In this document: positions 1-12,303 of the stretch, piece after piece
Layout of the letters: each line of letters starts with the position of its first letter
Position numbering within the stretch: the first letter of the stretch is position 1
Origin: a virus
Direction: 5' to 3' (one strand)
Length of the DNA: 64,000 nucleotides
Virus record (IMG/VR): IMGVR_UViG_3300047157_000073
Location: 1-64,000 of that record
Notes under the pieces: generated by a model
Told to the model about the DNA's origin: nothing
The model's database searches: none
What the model saw: only the letters and a program-made list of their open reading frames with translations
Position numbers and translations under genes: made by a program

Positions 1-2
1 CA

Positions 3-449
3 TCAACAGTTGCTACTGCATCTACACGAAGACAAACTTTTGTAGTTAAGGCTTCATCTGTAAGTGGTACATTTGAAGTAGATGAAAAAATTACTCAAGC
101 AACAACAGGTGCTGTAGGTAAAGTAGTAGAGTATGATTCTACATTAAGTTTACTATATTTCCAACAAGAAAGATTTGGTGACTTTGGTACTAATAGTACA
201 ACAGGTGACCATAGTGTATTTGAGGGTACGAATGTAATTACAGGTGCAACATCATCTGCAACATTTACACCATCAACTGATTCTGAAACAATTACTCTTG
301 CAAATAACAATACACTTGCTACAACATCAGGTTATGCTAACCCAGAGTTGCAACCAGATAGTGGTAACATTGTTTACTTAGAAAATAGAAAACCAATACA
401 AAGGGATTCTGACCAAACAGAAGATATTAAACTAATAATTGAGTTTTAA
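3..449 (+). CDS. gp8: baseplate wedge subunit, 3' end (T4 gp8-like)
   Basis: Open frame from the window edge ending LQPDSGNIVYLENRKPIQRDSDQTEDIKLIIEF*, the typical C-terminus of gp8 homologues in marine T4-like phages; lies directly upstream of the VrlC-like gene. Confidence 0.75.
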   Translation, partial: STVATASTRRQTFVVKASSVSGTFEVDEKITQATTGAVGKVVEYDSTLSLLYFQQERFGDFGTNSTTGDHSVFEGTNVITGATSSATFTPSTDSETITLANNNTLATTSGYANPELQPDSGNIVYLENRKPIQRDSDQTEDIKLIIEF

Positions 450-452
450 AAT

Positions 453-3400
453 ATGGCGCAAATAACAGACTTAAATGTTTCACCATATTATGATGATTTT
501 GATGAAGCAGATAACTTTCATAAGGTACTCTTTAGACCAGGGTATGCTATTCAAGCAAGAGAGTTAACACAACTACAATCTATTTTACAAAACCAAGTAG
601 AACGACATGGTAATCACATGTTCAAAGAAGGTAGTATTGTTATACCTGGTCAACTATCTTATTCAGATTCATTTCCAACATTACAACTTGCATCAAATTT
701 TGCTGATGAAGAAATAGACCCAAGTCAATTTTTTGATTCAACAAATCCTGTAACAATTACAGGAGTTACATCTGGTGTTAAGGCATATGTTATAGGATAT
801 CAAGCTGCGACTGCAACAACACAACCTATACTATATCTCAATTATTATAAAACAGGTTCAGATAATTCAACAATAACTTTTAGTGATGCTGAAAATATAA
901 CTGCAGATAAAGCAATTACACACACTACAGGTTATGCAAGTGGTGTGGCATCGGCAACTACATTTGCAACAGATGCAGCTGCAACAGGTTCAGCTGCAAC
1001 CATAGAAGATGGTGTCATTTATATAAGAGGTCAATTTGTAAAAGTAAATAGACAAACATTATTATTAAGTGTAAATTCTTCTACAGAAACAACAAGAGTA
1101 GGACTGACAATTACAGAAACATTAGTCACACCAGAGGAAGATTCTCAACTTACAGATAACTCTAGAGGTTCATCTAACTATGCTGCTAAAGGAGCACACA
1201 GATTAAAAATTAGTTTAACACTTGCTAAACTAGCAACAACATCTACTGAGGATTCTTCATTTATAGAAATGATGAGAATTGATAGTGGTACTTTAGTTTC
1301 TAAAGCAAGAGCAACAGAATATTCAGTATTAGGAGATATACTTGCAAGGAGAACACATGATGAATCAGGTGACTATACAGTTAAACCATTTACATTTAGT
1401 GTAAGAGAAAGTATTAATAATACAGTAGAGGGTAAAGATTTTACAGGCATATATACAAATGGTAATCCTACAGATGATGGTGGAACTGCTTCTGAAAGTT
1501 TACTTGCATTATCATGTTCTGCTGGTAAGGCATATGTTAGAGGATATGAATTTGAAAAAATAGGAACAACATTTAAAGATTTAAATAAGGCAAGAGATGT
1601 TTCAACAATTAATGCTGGAGTTACTAACTTAGAGTTAGGTAATTTTGTTAGAATTACAAACTTATATAACACACCAGATATTGGGAGTGTAAGTGGTGAA
1701 ACAACACCATACAAACAAGTTAAATTATTTTCTGGTGCAACAGTTACTAGAGGAACAGTATCTGCAGAAGAACCTGTAGGTGTTGCTCGTGTAAGAGCAT
1801 TAGAATATGATTCAGGTGTATCTGGTAATACAGATGCTGTTTACAAAGCACATTTATTTGATGTTCGTACATTTACAGTTTTAACTTTAAGTGATACACC
1901 AAGTCCATTATTAACTGCAACACATTCAACAGGTGTAAAAATAACAGGTAACACATCAGGTGCAACAGGTTTAGTTTTTGATACAGACACAAGTGCTGCC
2001 GATGGACATAGAGTTCGTTTAACAAATGTTGTTGGTACATTTAGTTCTGGTGAAAAATTAATTGCATCAGATTCAGCTGAAACAAGTGGACTTATAGAAA
2101 ATTCAGGTAACACAGATTTAACAGTTACTTTAGTCACTACAAAAGCATTTTCAGAAACAAGACAAATGTTTATGGATGATGCTGATAGTGGTCAAGACTT
2201 TACAGCAGATATTGAATTAACAAAAGTAAGAGATACAGATTTAATTGCATTGAATGCTACAGATGCTAGTCTTGCAAATGCAAACGATAACATTCTATTA
2301 GAAGAAGATGGTACTACTGAATTAGGTATTGAACCTATTAGAGAAGCAGTATTAGTATCACCAGAAAAAAATGTTGCAATATATAAACTACCTAAGGCTG
2401 TAGTTAAAACATTATTAACAGATTCAAATAATAATACTAGTGATACATCATACACAGTAAGAAGACAGTTTGTTGCTACATCAAACAGTTCTGGTGTAAT
2501 ATCATTAAGTGCTGGAAGTAATGAAGTCTTTGGTGGATTTGCTGAAGCAGATTATGTAATGTCTATATTAACTGCTGGAGATGGTAGTGGTGTACAAGGA
2601 GATTTAGTACCTATTTCTGGTAAGATATCTGGTACAGGTACAGCAAGTATTACAATTACAGATAATACAATATTAGGTAATGCAGCTAAAGTAAAAGTTA
2701 TAGCAACAATCGTTAAGTCAAGTGTTGCATCAAAAACTAAAACAACCAATTTATCTAAACAAGTTAAAGTAATAACAGATGATGCAGATGGTGCATATGG
2801 ATGTAGAGCAACAGACAAAGAAATATCTTTAGGTCGTGCAGATGCATTTAGATTACAAGCAGTATTTGATTCAGAGAGTACAAGTTCAGATGCAACTGCT
2901 CCAACATTAACATTAGGAACAGTTACAGGAACATTCGTAAGAGGTGAAAAAATTACAGGTTCATCATCAGGTGCAACTGCAAGAATTATTACAACAACAA
3001 GTCCAATACAATATGTATTAACAAATGGATTTGGTGCAACAGACTTTACAACCTCTGATACAATTACAGGTGAATCATCAAGTGCAACATCTACAGTATC
3101 TACTGTAACTGCTGGAAGTAAAGTGATTACATCTAACTTTACATTAGACACAGGACAAAGAGATAACTTCTATGACATTGCAAGAATCGTAAGAAAGTCT
3201 AGTGTAGAAAAACCATTAGGTAGATTACTAGTAGTATTTGATTTCTTTTCACATGGTACAGGAGATTTCTTTAGTGTAGATTCTTATAGTGCTGTTGCAG
3301 GACAAATGAATTATGATGATATACCAACATACAGTGCTACAAAGATTGACCCAGATGACCCTAAACCATCAGGACTATTTCCTTTAAGAGATTGTTTAGA

Positions 3401-6400
3401 CTTTAGACCAACAGCAGAAAATATTGCTGGGGCAACAGATACACTAACAGCAGTAGATACAATTACTGCAACTGCAAGTTCGTTTGATTTTACAAACAGA
3501 CAGTTTGATGGTACAGGTGCTGTTGCAATAGATACACCAAAAATTAATAATGCATTAACTTGTGACTTTGAACATTACTTACCTAGAAAATCTGTATTGT
3601 ATATTGGAGTAGATGGTGAATTTAAAATAGTAGATGGTGTTCCTGCTGAAGACCCACAATTTCCAGCAGTATTAGATAATGCAATGAAACTTGCAACAAT
3701 AGATGTTCCTGCTTTCACATTTACACCAGCTGATGTAACAGTTACAAGAGAACAAACACAAAGATTTACCATGAGAGATATTGGTAAACTACAAAACAGA
3801 ATTGAAAACTTAGAGTATTACACTTCATTAAATTTATTAGAAAGAGATGCAGAGAGTTTACAAATATCAGATGTCAATGGATTAAACAGATTTAAATCTG
3901 GTTTTATAGTAGATAACTTTGCAGGACATAAAGTTGGTGATGTATTACACCCAGATTATAAAATTGCTATTGATATGGAAAATAGAGAGTTAAGACCTAA
4001 GTGTGTAATGAAGGCTGCTAAGTTAGTAGAAAAAGTTACAACAGATGCTGCAAGAACAATAGCAGGATATCAGAAGACTGGTGACTTACTAACATTACCA
4101 TATACAGAAAAAGATTTTATAACACAACCATATGCAACAAGACCAGAAAATATTCAGTCAGCATTAATCTATGAGTATCTTGGAAAAATTACTTTAACAC
4201 CTAGTGGTGATGAGTGGTTTGAAACAGAACAGGCTCCAGATTTAATTATAAATGTTGATGGTAACTTTGATGCAGTAACAGCTGCAGTTGTAAACCAAAT
4301 AGGAACAGTTTGGAATGCATGGGAAACACAATGGTCAGGTACAACAGTTGTAGATCAAGATTATAGCTAGAGGTGCAGATAAACAATCAAAATGGATGTG
4401 CACAAAGAACAATTGTCAAACACAAGGTCAGACCAATTAAGAACAGGAACAAGAACAAGAGTTGTTGAACAAGTAGATAATATATCTATGGGTACTAAAA
4501 CAATATCACAAGCAATAATTCCTTTTGTTAGACCTAGAACAATTACTGGTACAGGTGAATGTTTCAGACCAAATACAAGACTATATGCTTTCTTTGATGG
4601 TACAGATGTTAGTTCATTTATTACACCAGCATCTGCAAGTTATACAAACTTAACTACAAATATTGTAGAGGGTAATGCTCTAATAACAGACATACAGGGT
4701 AAAGTAGAATTTTCATTTAGAATACCAGAATATAGATTTGCTGGACAACAAAGTATTCCAAAATTTAGAACAGGTGATGTAGAATTTAGATTAACATCAG
4801 ATGATGAAAATAAAAAAGCACCAGCACCTTCAACAGTAGGTCAAGTACTCTATGTTGCAAAAGGTATAACAAATACTGACCAACAAACAATTCATGCAAC
4901 AAGAAATGCTACAGTAGTTCAAGAAACTGTTACTCAAACACAAACAATAAACAAAGAATCAACACAGTTGACTAGAGATTGACCCACTAGCACAAACATT
5001 CTTAATATCAGAGGATGGTGGATGTTTTGTATCATCTGTAGATTTATTCTTCTCAGAAAAAGATACTAACTTACCTGTATGGGTTGAGTTAAGAGAAGTA
5101 ATTAATGGATACCCAGGCCCAACATTAGTTCCATTTGGAAGAAAAGTTTTAAATCCAAATGATATTAATGTAGATGCTACTACAGGTAATACTGCAACTA
5201 ACTTTAAATTTGATTCACCTGTATATTTAAAAGAGGGAATTGAATATTGTTTAGTTGTTATGACTAACAGTTTAAATTACAAAGTATGGATTGCTGGTTT
5301 AGGTGAAGCTGATGTATCTGGTTCAAATAGAATTATTTCTACACAACCACATCTAGGTTCATTATTTAAATCACAAAATAACACTACATGGAATGCAGTA
5401 CAATCAGAAGACTTGAAGTTTACTATGAAAAAATGTAACTTCACATCTGGTTCTGGTACAGTCACTTTACAAAATGATAATCTAGGTGATGAAGTCACTG
5501 CAGAAGATGGTAGTACAACAGTTTATGGACAAAGACTAGGAAGTAATCCAATCGTATTAACAAATGGTTCAACAGTTGTAAGAGTTAAACATGCTGACCA
5601 TGGTATGTATAGTACATCAAACAATGTCACAATCACAGGAGTTTCTTCTGGTGTATCAACAACATTGAATGGTGCAATTACAGCATCTGGTACAAGTGTT
5701 ACATTAACATCTGCTACAGGATTCCCTTCAAGTGGTACAGTTCATATTAAGATAGACAATGAGATTATGTCTGGTACAATTTCTGGTACAACAATTTCTA
5801 GTATTACTAGAGGACAAGGAAGTACAACAGCTGCTGCTCATTCAAATCTTGCAACAGTAGAATTATACATGATTAGTTCAGTACCATTAACAGAGATTAA
5901 TAAAACACATACTGCAATTGCAAACATAGGAATAGATTCTTATACAGTTGCTTCTACTACAAGTGCATCAATTAGTGGAGCATCCACAACAGCACAAGTT
6001 GGTGGAATATCTGTTTATGCTACAGAAAACTATAGATACGAAACAGTTAAAACATTAATAGGTACTATGGAATTACCTGATACTTCATTGACTGCAACAA
6101 TTAAAACAACGAATGCTACAAGCCCAGATGGTACAGAAACATCATTTGGTCAATCAACATCAAATACAACAATACCATTAAATGAAAACTTTGATATGAC
6201 AACATCATCTATGATTGCTTCAGGTATTAATGAAACAAACGAAATGTCTGGTAGTAAATCATTAGAGATGCCAATAGTTATGACTTCTCAAAATTCTAAT
6301 TTATCACCAGTGATAGATTTAGATAGAAGGTCATTTATTGCTGTAGGAAATAGAATTAATAATGTAGATAGTTCTAGTGATGTATTCCCAACAACAGACT

Positions 6401-6813
6401 TTGTTGCTTCAACAGAACCTGATGGTGACCAAAACTCTGCTATCTATTTAACTAAGGCAGTCACATTAGAACAAGCTGCATCGGCAATCAGAATTGTATT
6501 CTCTGCACACAAACAAAATACATCAGAGATTAAAGTATTGTTTAAAACATTAAGAACATCTGATAGTTCAGACTTTGATGACATAGGATATGAGTTCTTT
6601 AATACAGATGGTTCACCAGATAATACAGTTCCAAACTCTCTTGTAAAAACAGATTTTCAAGAGTATGTTTATACTGCTGGCGTAAATGATGATGGTGTTG
6701 GATTACCATTAGATGAGTTTATACAATTTCAAATAAAAATAATTATGCAAGGAACAGATGCTTCTAAACCTGTAAGAATAAAAGACTTACGAGCAATAGC
6801 ACTGGCAACATAA
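453..6813 (+). CDS. large structural protein, VrlC/DUF4815-like (split by frameshifts near 4370 and 4980)
   Basis: N-term LNVSPYYDDFD..FHKVLFRPGYAIQARELTQLQSILQNQ; NRFKSGFIVDNF; conserved DPLAQTF resumes at 4981 in the frame of ORF 5260..6813; ends IKDLRAIALAT. Pieces are 453..4370, 4392..4982 and 4981..6813. Confidence 0.75.
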
Positions 6814-6814
6814 A

Positions 6815-7036
6815 ATGAATAGAGTAAAAGTAGAAGAAAGAAAAGATTTAGAAAGAGATATGAAATCTAATGCAATAGTGAATACTAACAAGTCTGCATA
6901 TGAGATGGCAAAGAAAAGAGCAAAAGAAGCTCAAAAAGAAAGAGATAATCTTAGAGATGTTACTAGAGAGGTAAACGAAATAAAATGCGAGATGCATGAT
7001 ATTAAAAACATGTTAACTCAATTATTGGAGAAGTAA
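6815..7036 (+). CDS. small conserved coiled-coil phage protein
   Basis: 73 aa ORF coupled to the upstream gene; L.RD..S.AIVN motif as in small genes following VrlC-like genes. Confidence 0.6.
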   Translation: MNRVKVEERKDLERDMKSNAIVNTNKSAYEMAKKRAKEAQKERDNLRDVTREVNEIKCEMHDIKNMLTQLLEK

Positions 7037-7037
7037 C

Positions 7038-7682
7038 ATGAGTGAGTTATCAAGTCTTTTTGGTATAATCTCAGAAGGCAAAAAACAGGCAGAGTTTGAA
7101 AAGTCTGAAAGAATTAGAATAGAAGAAGATAGAAAACAAAGATTAGAACCACAAGTGGATGTGGGGTTAAATGATTTAAGTGAGTTTTTTAGTGTAATGT
7201 CTACAAAGAAAAAAGTAGATGCATTACCAAAAGAAACAAAACAGGAAGTTCAACAGTTAGAAGTATTGTCTTCTTTCTTTGAACAAATGTCTAACTTTGA
7301 AAATAGTTTAGATACTGCAATACAAGCTTCTGATAAACAACCAGAAGTTATAGAAAGAATTGTAGAAGTTGAAAAAATTGTAGAGGTAGAAAAAGAACCT
7401 AGTGTACCAGAAAGATTAGCAGAGGCTATGAGTTTAGTTCACAAAGGACAAATGTTACCTGAAGAAAAATCTGAATTAGCAAAACTCAAAGAGGAGTTTG
7501 GACAATTTAGAAAACTAGTAAATCTACAATTAGCATCACTCGGTGGTGGTGGTAGTACTAGAATACTAGATAATGATGATGTAGATATTAGTTCTTTAGG
7601 AAATGGTAAGTTCTTAAAGTATAATGCTACAACAAAGAAATTAGAATTTACTGATGAAGTAGGTACATACTCTTTCAGTTAA
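7038..7682 (+). CDS. hypothetical protein with C-terminal fibre-like GGGG..LD.DDVD segment
   Basis: 214 aa ORF; charged helical N-part, then LGGGGSTRILDNDDVD..GKFLKYN. Confidence 0.55.
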   Translation: MSELSSLFGIISEGKKQAEFEKSERIRIEEDRKQRLEPQVDVGLNDLSEFFSVMSTKKKVDALPKETKQEVQQLEVLSSFFEQMSNFENSLDTAIQASDKQPEVIERIVEVEKIVEVEKEPSVPERLAEAMSLVHKGQMLPEEKSELAKLKEEFGQFRKLVNLQLASLGGGGSTRILDNDDVDISSLGNGKFLKYNATTKKLEFTDEVGTYSFS

Positions 7683-7685
7683 GAT

Positions 7686-7693
7686 TATAAATA
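7686..7693 (+). promoter_or_regulatory. T4-type late promoter TATAAATA
   Basis: Exact gp55 consensus in the intergenic gap upstream of 7717. Confidence 0.75.
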
Positions 7694-7716
7694 AAGGAAA
7701 AGATAGGAAAATTTAA

Positions 7717-10311
7717 ATGGCAATATCGGCATCAAGTATAGCAAGTTCAAGTACTCTAAATGAGTTAAGAACACAGTTTAATAATTTAGTTACAGATGTG
7801 ACTGCTATTGAAGGCGGTAGTATTTCCTATACAACCCTTAATACTACAACAACAAATGCTACAACATTAAATGTAAAAGAAGATGGTACTATCGTATTCG
7901 AAGGTGCCACAGATGATGGTTTTGAAACCACATTAACAGTTGTAGACCCTACTGCTGATAGAACAATTACATTCCCAAATGAAACAGGAACAGTACATAC
8001 TACAGGTGGAACAACAACACACACTAATATAATAATTGGTGATGGTGGAAATATTGGTTCTGCTTCAGATACAAATGCAATCGGAATATCTTCTGGTGGT
8101 GTCGTATCTGTCACTGCAACTACAGCCAACACAAGTGCATCTGATGGTGCCCTAACTGTTGCTGGTGGATTAGGTGTTGCTGCTGATGTATCTATTGGAG
8201 ATGATTTAAGACTTATTTCAGATAGTTCTGTATTAAGTTTTGGTGCTGATTCTGATACAACATTAACACATACAGATGGTAGTGGACTAACACTTAACTC
8301 AACAAACAAATTGATGTTCAATGATGCTAGTCAATTTATACAAGGTGCTAGTGCAACAGTATTAGATATAGCTGCAACAGATGAAATAGAATTAACTGCA
8401 ACACTTATTGACATAGTAGGTAGAGCAGAAGTATCTGGTAACTTATCAGTAGGTGGTAACTTAGATGTTACAGGAACACTTGACCTAAGTGATTCAAACT
8501 TTACTAATGTTGGTAGTTTACAATTAGATAGTATTGCTGGAGATGGTGATACAGATAGTTCAATCACATTCTCAGGTTCAGATGTAATTACGATTGCAAC
8601 TGGTGGAAGTACAGCTGCTACATTTAATGCATCACAGGTTACTACTCTAAGTGGTAATTTAATCATACCAGATGCTGGTAATATAGGTTCTGCTTCAGAT
8701 ACAGATGCCATTGCAATAGGTTCAGATGGTGACATTACTTTAACACAAGATTTAGAATTACAACATGATGGTGCCATATTATCGTTTGGTGCTAATGATG
8801 AGATTGCATTAACACATGTACATGACACAGGATTATTATTAACAGATTCAGGTGGAACACCAACATTACAATTACATGATTCAGCAGAATCAGTATCTTC
8901 TGATGGTAGTAAATTAATATTAACATCTAATAGTGTTGCATTTAATCTTCCAACAGCAGATGGTACTGCTGGTCAAGTTTTAAAAACAGATGGTAGTGGA
9001 ACATTATCATTCGTAACTGCTAGTGCAAATACCCCAACAAGTGCAGATGGACAAGCATTAGGTTCTGCATCTCTAGAATGGTCTGATTTATTCTTGGCAG
9101 ATGGTGGAACAATACAACTTGGTAATGACCAAGATGTAACTATCACTCATATTGCTGATACTGGTGTTCGTATGAACAGTTCAAGTAAAATACAATTTAC
9201 TGATGCTAACGAAAGTATTCATTCTGATGGCACTAACTTAATACTAACATCTGGTGGTACTACTTTTAAAGTTCCAACATCTGATGGTTCAAATGGACAA
9301 GCACTAGCAACAAATGGTAGTGGAACATTATCTTTTATTAATGTATCAAGTGCAGCTGATGATTTAACTGCTGGTGATGCTGCAATTAACTTAACAACAA
9401 CATCTGGTAATATTACAATAGATGCTCAAGCAAATGATTCAGATGTTATCATCAAAGGAACAGATGCAACAGCAGATATTACAATGGCAACATTTGATGG
9501 TAGTGATGCTGGTACACTTATATTAAATCATGATTTAGAATTAGGAACAGACGCAGCATTAATTAAGTTTGGTGCTGATAACGAAATCACACTTACTCAT
9601 GTTGCAGACACAGGATTATTATTAGAAGATAGTGGTGGAAGTCCAACATTACAATTCCATAATTCAAGTGAGGCAGTATCTTCTGATGGTAGTAAATTAA
9701 TATTAACATCTAATGGTGTTGCATTTAGTTTACCAACAGCAGATGGTTCAAATGGACAGGCATTAGTTACAAATGCTAGTGGTGTATTATCTTTTGCTGA
9801 TGCTGGGTCTAGTGTGGCATTTAATAATTTTGAATATACAGCAACTGCAGCTCAAACATCTTTTAGTGGAAATGATGATAACAGTAATTCACTAGCATAT
9901 ACTGCTGGAGTAAATACTGTACAAGTATTGGTCAATGGTGTTATGTTAGATAGTTCAGATTATACTGCAACCAATGGTACTGCTGTTGTATTATCTGCGG
10001 CCGCAGCTGCAAATGATATGATTAAAGTAGTTGCAGTTCAATCTACAAGTGTGACGTCAGCTGACTTAGATGGTGCTGAATTTGTACTTGACGCTGATGG
10101 TGATACTACTATACACGCAGATACAGATGACCAGATAGATATTAAAATTGCTGGAGCAGATGACTTTAGATTCACTGCCAATAATTTTAATGTCTTATCA
10201 GGTTCGACACTAACAATAGATTCAGGTGCGACTATTACGAATAGTGGTACTTCAAGCGGATTCGGATTATCCACAGGTAAAGCAATTGTTTTATCAATGA
10301 TATTTGGATAA
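7717..10311 (+). CDS. tail fibre-like protein with internal repeats
   Basis: Thr/Ser/Gly/Asp rich; VFEGATDDGFETTL..DPTADRTITFP; repeated LPTADG..GQ.L.T.GSG.LSF and FGAD.EI.LTH modules. Confidence 0.75.
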   Translation: MAISASSIASSSTLNELRTQFNNLVTDVTAIEGGSISYTTLNTTTTNATTLNVKEDGTIVFEGATDDGFETTLTVVDPTADRTITFPNETGTVHTTGGTTTHTNIIIGDGGNIGSASDTNAIGISSGGVVSVTATTANTSASDGALTVAGGLGVAADVSIGDDLRLISDSSVLSFGADSDTTLTHTDGSGLTLNSTNKLMFNDASQFIQGASATVLDIAATDEIELTATLIDIVGRAEVSGNLSVGGNLDVTGTLDLSDSNFTNVGSLQLDSIAGDGDTDSSITFSGSDVITIATGGSTAATFNASQVTTLSGNLIIPDAGNIGSASDTDAIAIGSDGDITLTQDLELQHDGAILSFGANDEIALTHVHDTGLLLTDSGGTPTLQLHDSAESVSSDGSKLILTSNSVAFNLPTADGTAGQVLKTDGSGTLSFVTASANTPTSADGQALGSASLEWSDLFLADGGTIQLGNDQDVTITHIADTGVRMNSSSKIQFTDANESIHSDGTNLILTSGGTTFKVPTSDGSNGQALATNGSGTLSFINVSSAADDLTAGDAAINLTTTSGNITIDAQANDSDVIIKGTDATADITMATFDGSDAGTLILNHDLELGTDAALIKFGADNEITLTHVADTGLLLEDSGGSPTLQFHNSSEAVSSDGSKLILTSNGVAFSLPTADGSNGQALVTNASGVLSFADAGSSVAFNNFEYTATAAQTSFSGNDDNSNSLAYTAGVNTVQVLVNGVMLDSSDYTATNGTAVVLSAAAAANDMIKVVAVQSTSVTSADLDGAEFVLDADGDTTIHADTDDQIDIKIAGADDFRFTANNFNVLSGSTLTIDSGATITNSGTSSGFGLSTGKAIVLSMIFG
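8891..9714 (+). repeat. 41-bp exact direct repeat within the fibre gene (8891-8931 and 9674-9714)
   Basis: cagtatcttctgatggtagtaaattaatattaacatctaat occurs at both positions, within longer imperfect repeats. Confidence 0.85.
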
Positions 10312-10315
10312 ACGA

Positions 10316-10323
10316 TATAAATA
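10316..10323 (+). promoter_or_regulatory. late promoter TATAAATA
   Basis: Exact consensus in the intergenic gap upstream of 10351. Confidence 0.7.
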
Positions 10324-10350
10324 AAAGAAAACTTATAGAGGAAATATAAA

Positions 10351-10743
10351 ATGGCAAATCCAAATTTAATAAATGTATCTTCTGTACTTGGTGCAAATGC
10401 TGGATTTAATTTGACAAATACAGCAACTGCCACACTAATTACAGTTGCTTCAGATAAACTCGTAAAAATTAATAGAATTACTGTTGCCAATGTTGATGGT
10501 ACTAACTCAGCTACATTCGATTTATTCGTAGATGGTATGGGTTCAGGTTCAACAGGAGTAACAACAACAGGTGCAGATGCAACTGTTTATCTTGCAAAAA
10601 CTGTTGCTGTTCCAGCTGATACATCATTAGTGGTATTAGATACACCTATCTATTTAATGGAAGGTGATATACTCAAAGGTGGTGCAAGTGCAGCTAGTGA
10701 TTTAGATATGTTTGTATCATTTGAAATATTAGATGACGCTTAA
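10351..10743 (+). CDS. small virion structural protein (tail-associated)
   Basis: MANPNLINVSSV...ITVANVDGTN...IYLMEGD motif typical of marine phage fibre-region proteins; SD gagg. Confidence 0.6.
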   Translation: MANPNLINVSSVLGANAGFNLTNTATATLITVASDKLVKINRITVANVDGTNSATFDLFVDGMGSGSTGVTTTGADATVYLAKTVAVPADTSLVVLDTPIYLMEGDILKGGASAASDLDMFVSFEILDDA

Positions 10744-10761
10744 TAATTAGGAGAATATAGA

Positions 10762-11775
10762 ATGCCCATAACAGGTGCAAATGGCGGATTAATTGGAGCA
10801 GATAATACACCAAGTGCTGCTCCCTCTGCTGGTTGTGTTACTCAAATAAATTCCACAGGATGTTTCTGTGCCTCATCAACACATGCAACAGTTGTTGTTG
10901 TTGCTGGTGGTGGCGGTGCTGGTCGTGGTGGAGGCGGCGGCGGTGGAGGCACTGTCATAGTAGCTTGTCATCCATTACCAACAAGTACAATTCCTGTAAC
11001 TATTGGAGCAGGTGGAGCTGGAGCTCAGGGTCGTGCCACTGCTGGTTCTGATTCTGTATTTGGTTCTACAACACCTATCACAGCCAAAGGTGGAGGAGCT
11101 GGTGGTGGACTTAATAGTGCGCCCAACTCAGGAACTTCTGGTGGCTCTGGAGGCGGTGGTGGTGATGATGGTTCAGCTGATAACGGCGGTGCTGTTGCTA
11201 CTAATCATGGTTGTACTAGAGCAGGATTTTCAGGTGGTAGAGGTGACCACGCCACAGGTGGTGGCGGTGGAGGAGCTGGAAGCTCTGGTGGAAAAAGAGG
11301 AGTAGCTGGATATGGTGCATGTTTACTGCCATTAGGTGTTCCTAAATGTATGGGTGAAAAAGGATTCGTTGGTGGTGGAGGAGCTGGTTTTAATAATAAT
11401 GTGGCCTCTGGTAATGGAGAAAATGATGTATTAACAGGCCCTACTGCACGAGGTGTTACTGACCATAGGACTGCTCCTGTTGCTATTAATAATGCTCAAG
11501 CCTCAGGTGGAATGGGGGGTGGTGGTGATGCTTCAATACCACAAACACCTAGTCCAACAACACCGAGTGATAATCAATCTGATTCTACTGCTGGTGTTGC
11601 TAATACAGGCGGCGGCGGTGGTTCTAATAACTTGCCTTGCTCGCCCAACGATGCTGGAAAGGCTGGTGGGTCAGGTACAATCTTTGTAATAAAATCTGGT
11701 ACTGCTACACTTAATAGTGGAGTGTATAATCTTAAAGAACAATATGCAGCTGTTCGTGGTTCAAGGTGGATATAA
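10762..11775 (+). CDS. glycine-rich tail-associated protein
   Basis: VVVAGGGG, TIGAGGAG, GGSGGGG and ANTGGGGG..GGSG repeats; SD aggag. Confidence 0.7.
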   Translation: MPITGANGGLIGADNTPSAAPSAGCVTQINSTGCFCASSTHATVVVVAGGGGAGRGGGGGGGGTVIVACHPLPTSTIPVTIGAGGAGAQGRATAGSDSVFGSTTPITAKGGGAGGGLNSAPNSGTSGGSGGGGGDDGSADNGGAVATNHGCTRAGFSGGRGDHATGGGGGGAGSSGGKRGVAGYGACLLPLGVPKCMGEKGFVGGGGAGFNNNVASGNGENDVLTGPTARGVTDHRTAPVAINNAQASGGMGGGGDASIPQTPSPTTPSDNQSDSTAGVANTGGGGGSNNLPCSPNDAGKAGGSGTIFVIKSGTATLNSGVYNLKEQYAAVRGSRWI

Positions 11776-11776
11776 A

Positions 11777-12259
11777 ATGGCACACTTTGCTGAACTAAAT
11801 GATAGTAATGTAGTACAAAGAATTATAGTTGTTAGTAATAGTGATGTAAGTTCTAATGGTGGTGATTATTCTGCCCAAGCAGAAACTATGATTGAAAATA
11901 GACATAGTGGTTCATGGAAACAATGTTCTTACAATGCTAATCAAAGAGGTAAATTTCCTGGCATTGGCTGGACATGGAATGAAAGTAAAGACCTTTTTCA
12001 AGCACCTAAACCATATAGCAATTGGACTTGGAGTGATTCAGAAAAAGATTGGATATCACCTGTCACAAGACCAACAGCTTCACAATGCACTTATACCATA
12101 GGTTCATGGACTGCCATAGTTATGCCTTATTGGGATGTAAGTAATACAAGGTGGAAGGCACTTTTTTCTGACAATGAGGATGGTGCTGAGGATTCTGTTA
12201 ATCACTCTGTTACCGATAAGTATTGGGACCCCTCTGATACTTCTTGGAAAAATGTTTAA
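11777..12259 (+). CDS. conserved partner protein of Gly-rich fibre genes
   Basis: MAHFAELND.N.V.RIIVV; WKQCSYN..RGKFPGIG..P.PY..W; ATG at 11777 coupled to the upstream stop. Confidence 0.65.
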   Translation: MAHFAELNDSNVVQRIIVVSNSDVSSNGGDYSAQAETMIENRHSGSWKQCSYNANQRGKFPGIGWTWNESKDLFQAPKPYSNWTWSDSEKDWISPVTRPTASQCTYTIGSWTAIVMPYWDVSNTRWKALFSDNEDGAEDSVNHSVTDKYWDPSDTSWKNV

Positions 12260-12268
12260 ATAAAAACA

Positions 12269-12276
12269 TATAAATA
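12269..12276 (+). promoter_or_regulatory. late promoter TATAAATA for the oxygenase/halogenase cassette
   Basis: Exact consensus upstream of 12304; SD aggtg. Confidence 0.7.
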
Positions 12277-12303
12277 CTTTATATTATTTACAGGTGATAA
12301 ATC

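Noticed and set aside
10762-11775. GC-richer ggtgg/ggcgg repeats as a CRISPR array or foreign island
   Set aside because: Explained by poly-Gly coding; there is no repeat-spacer periodicity
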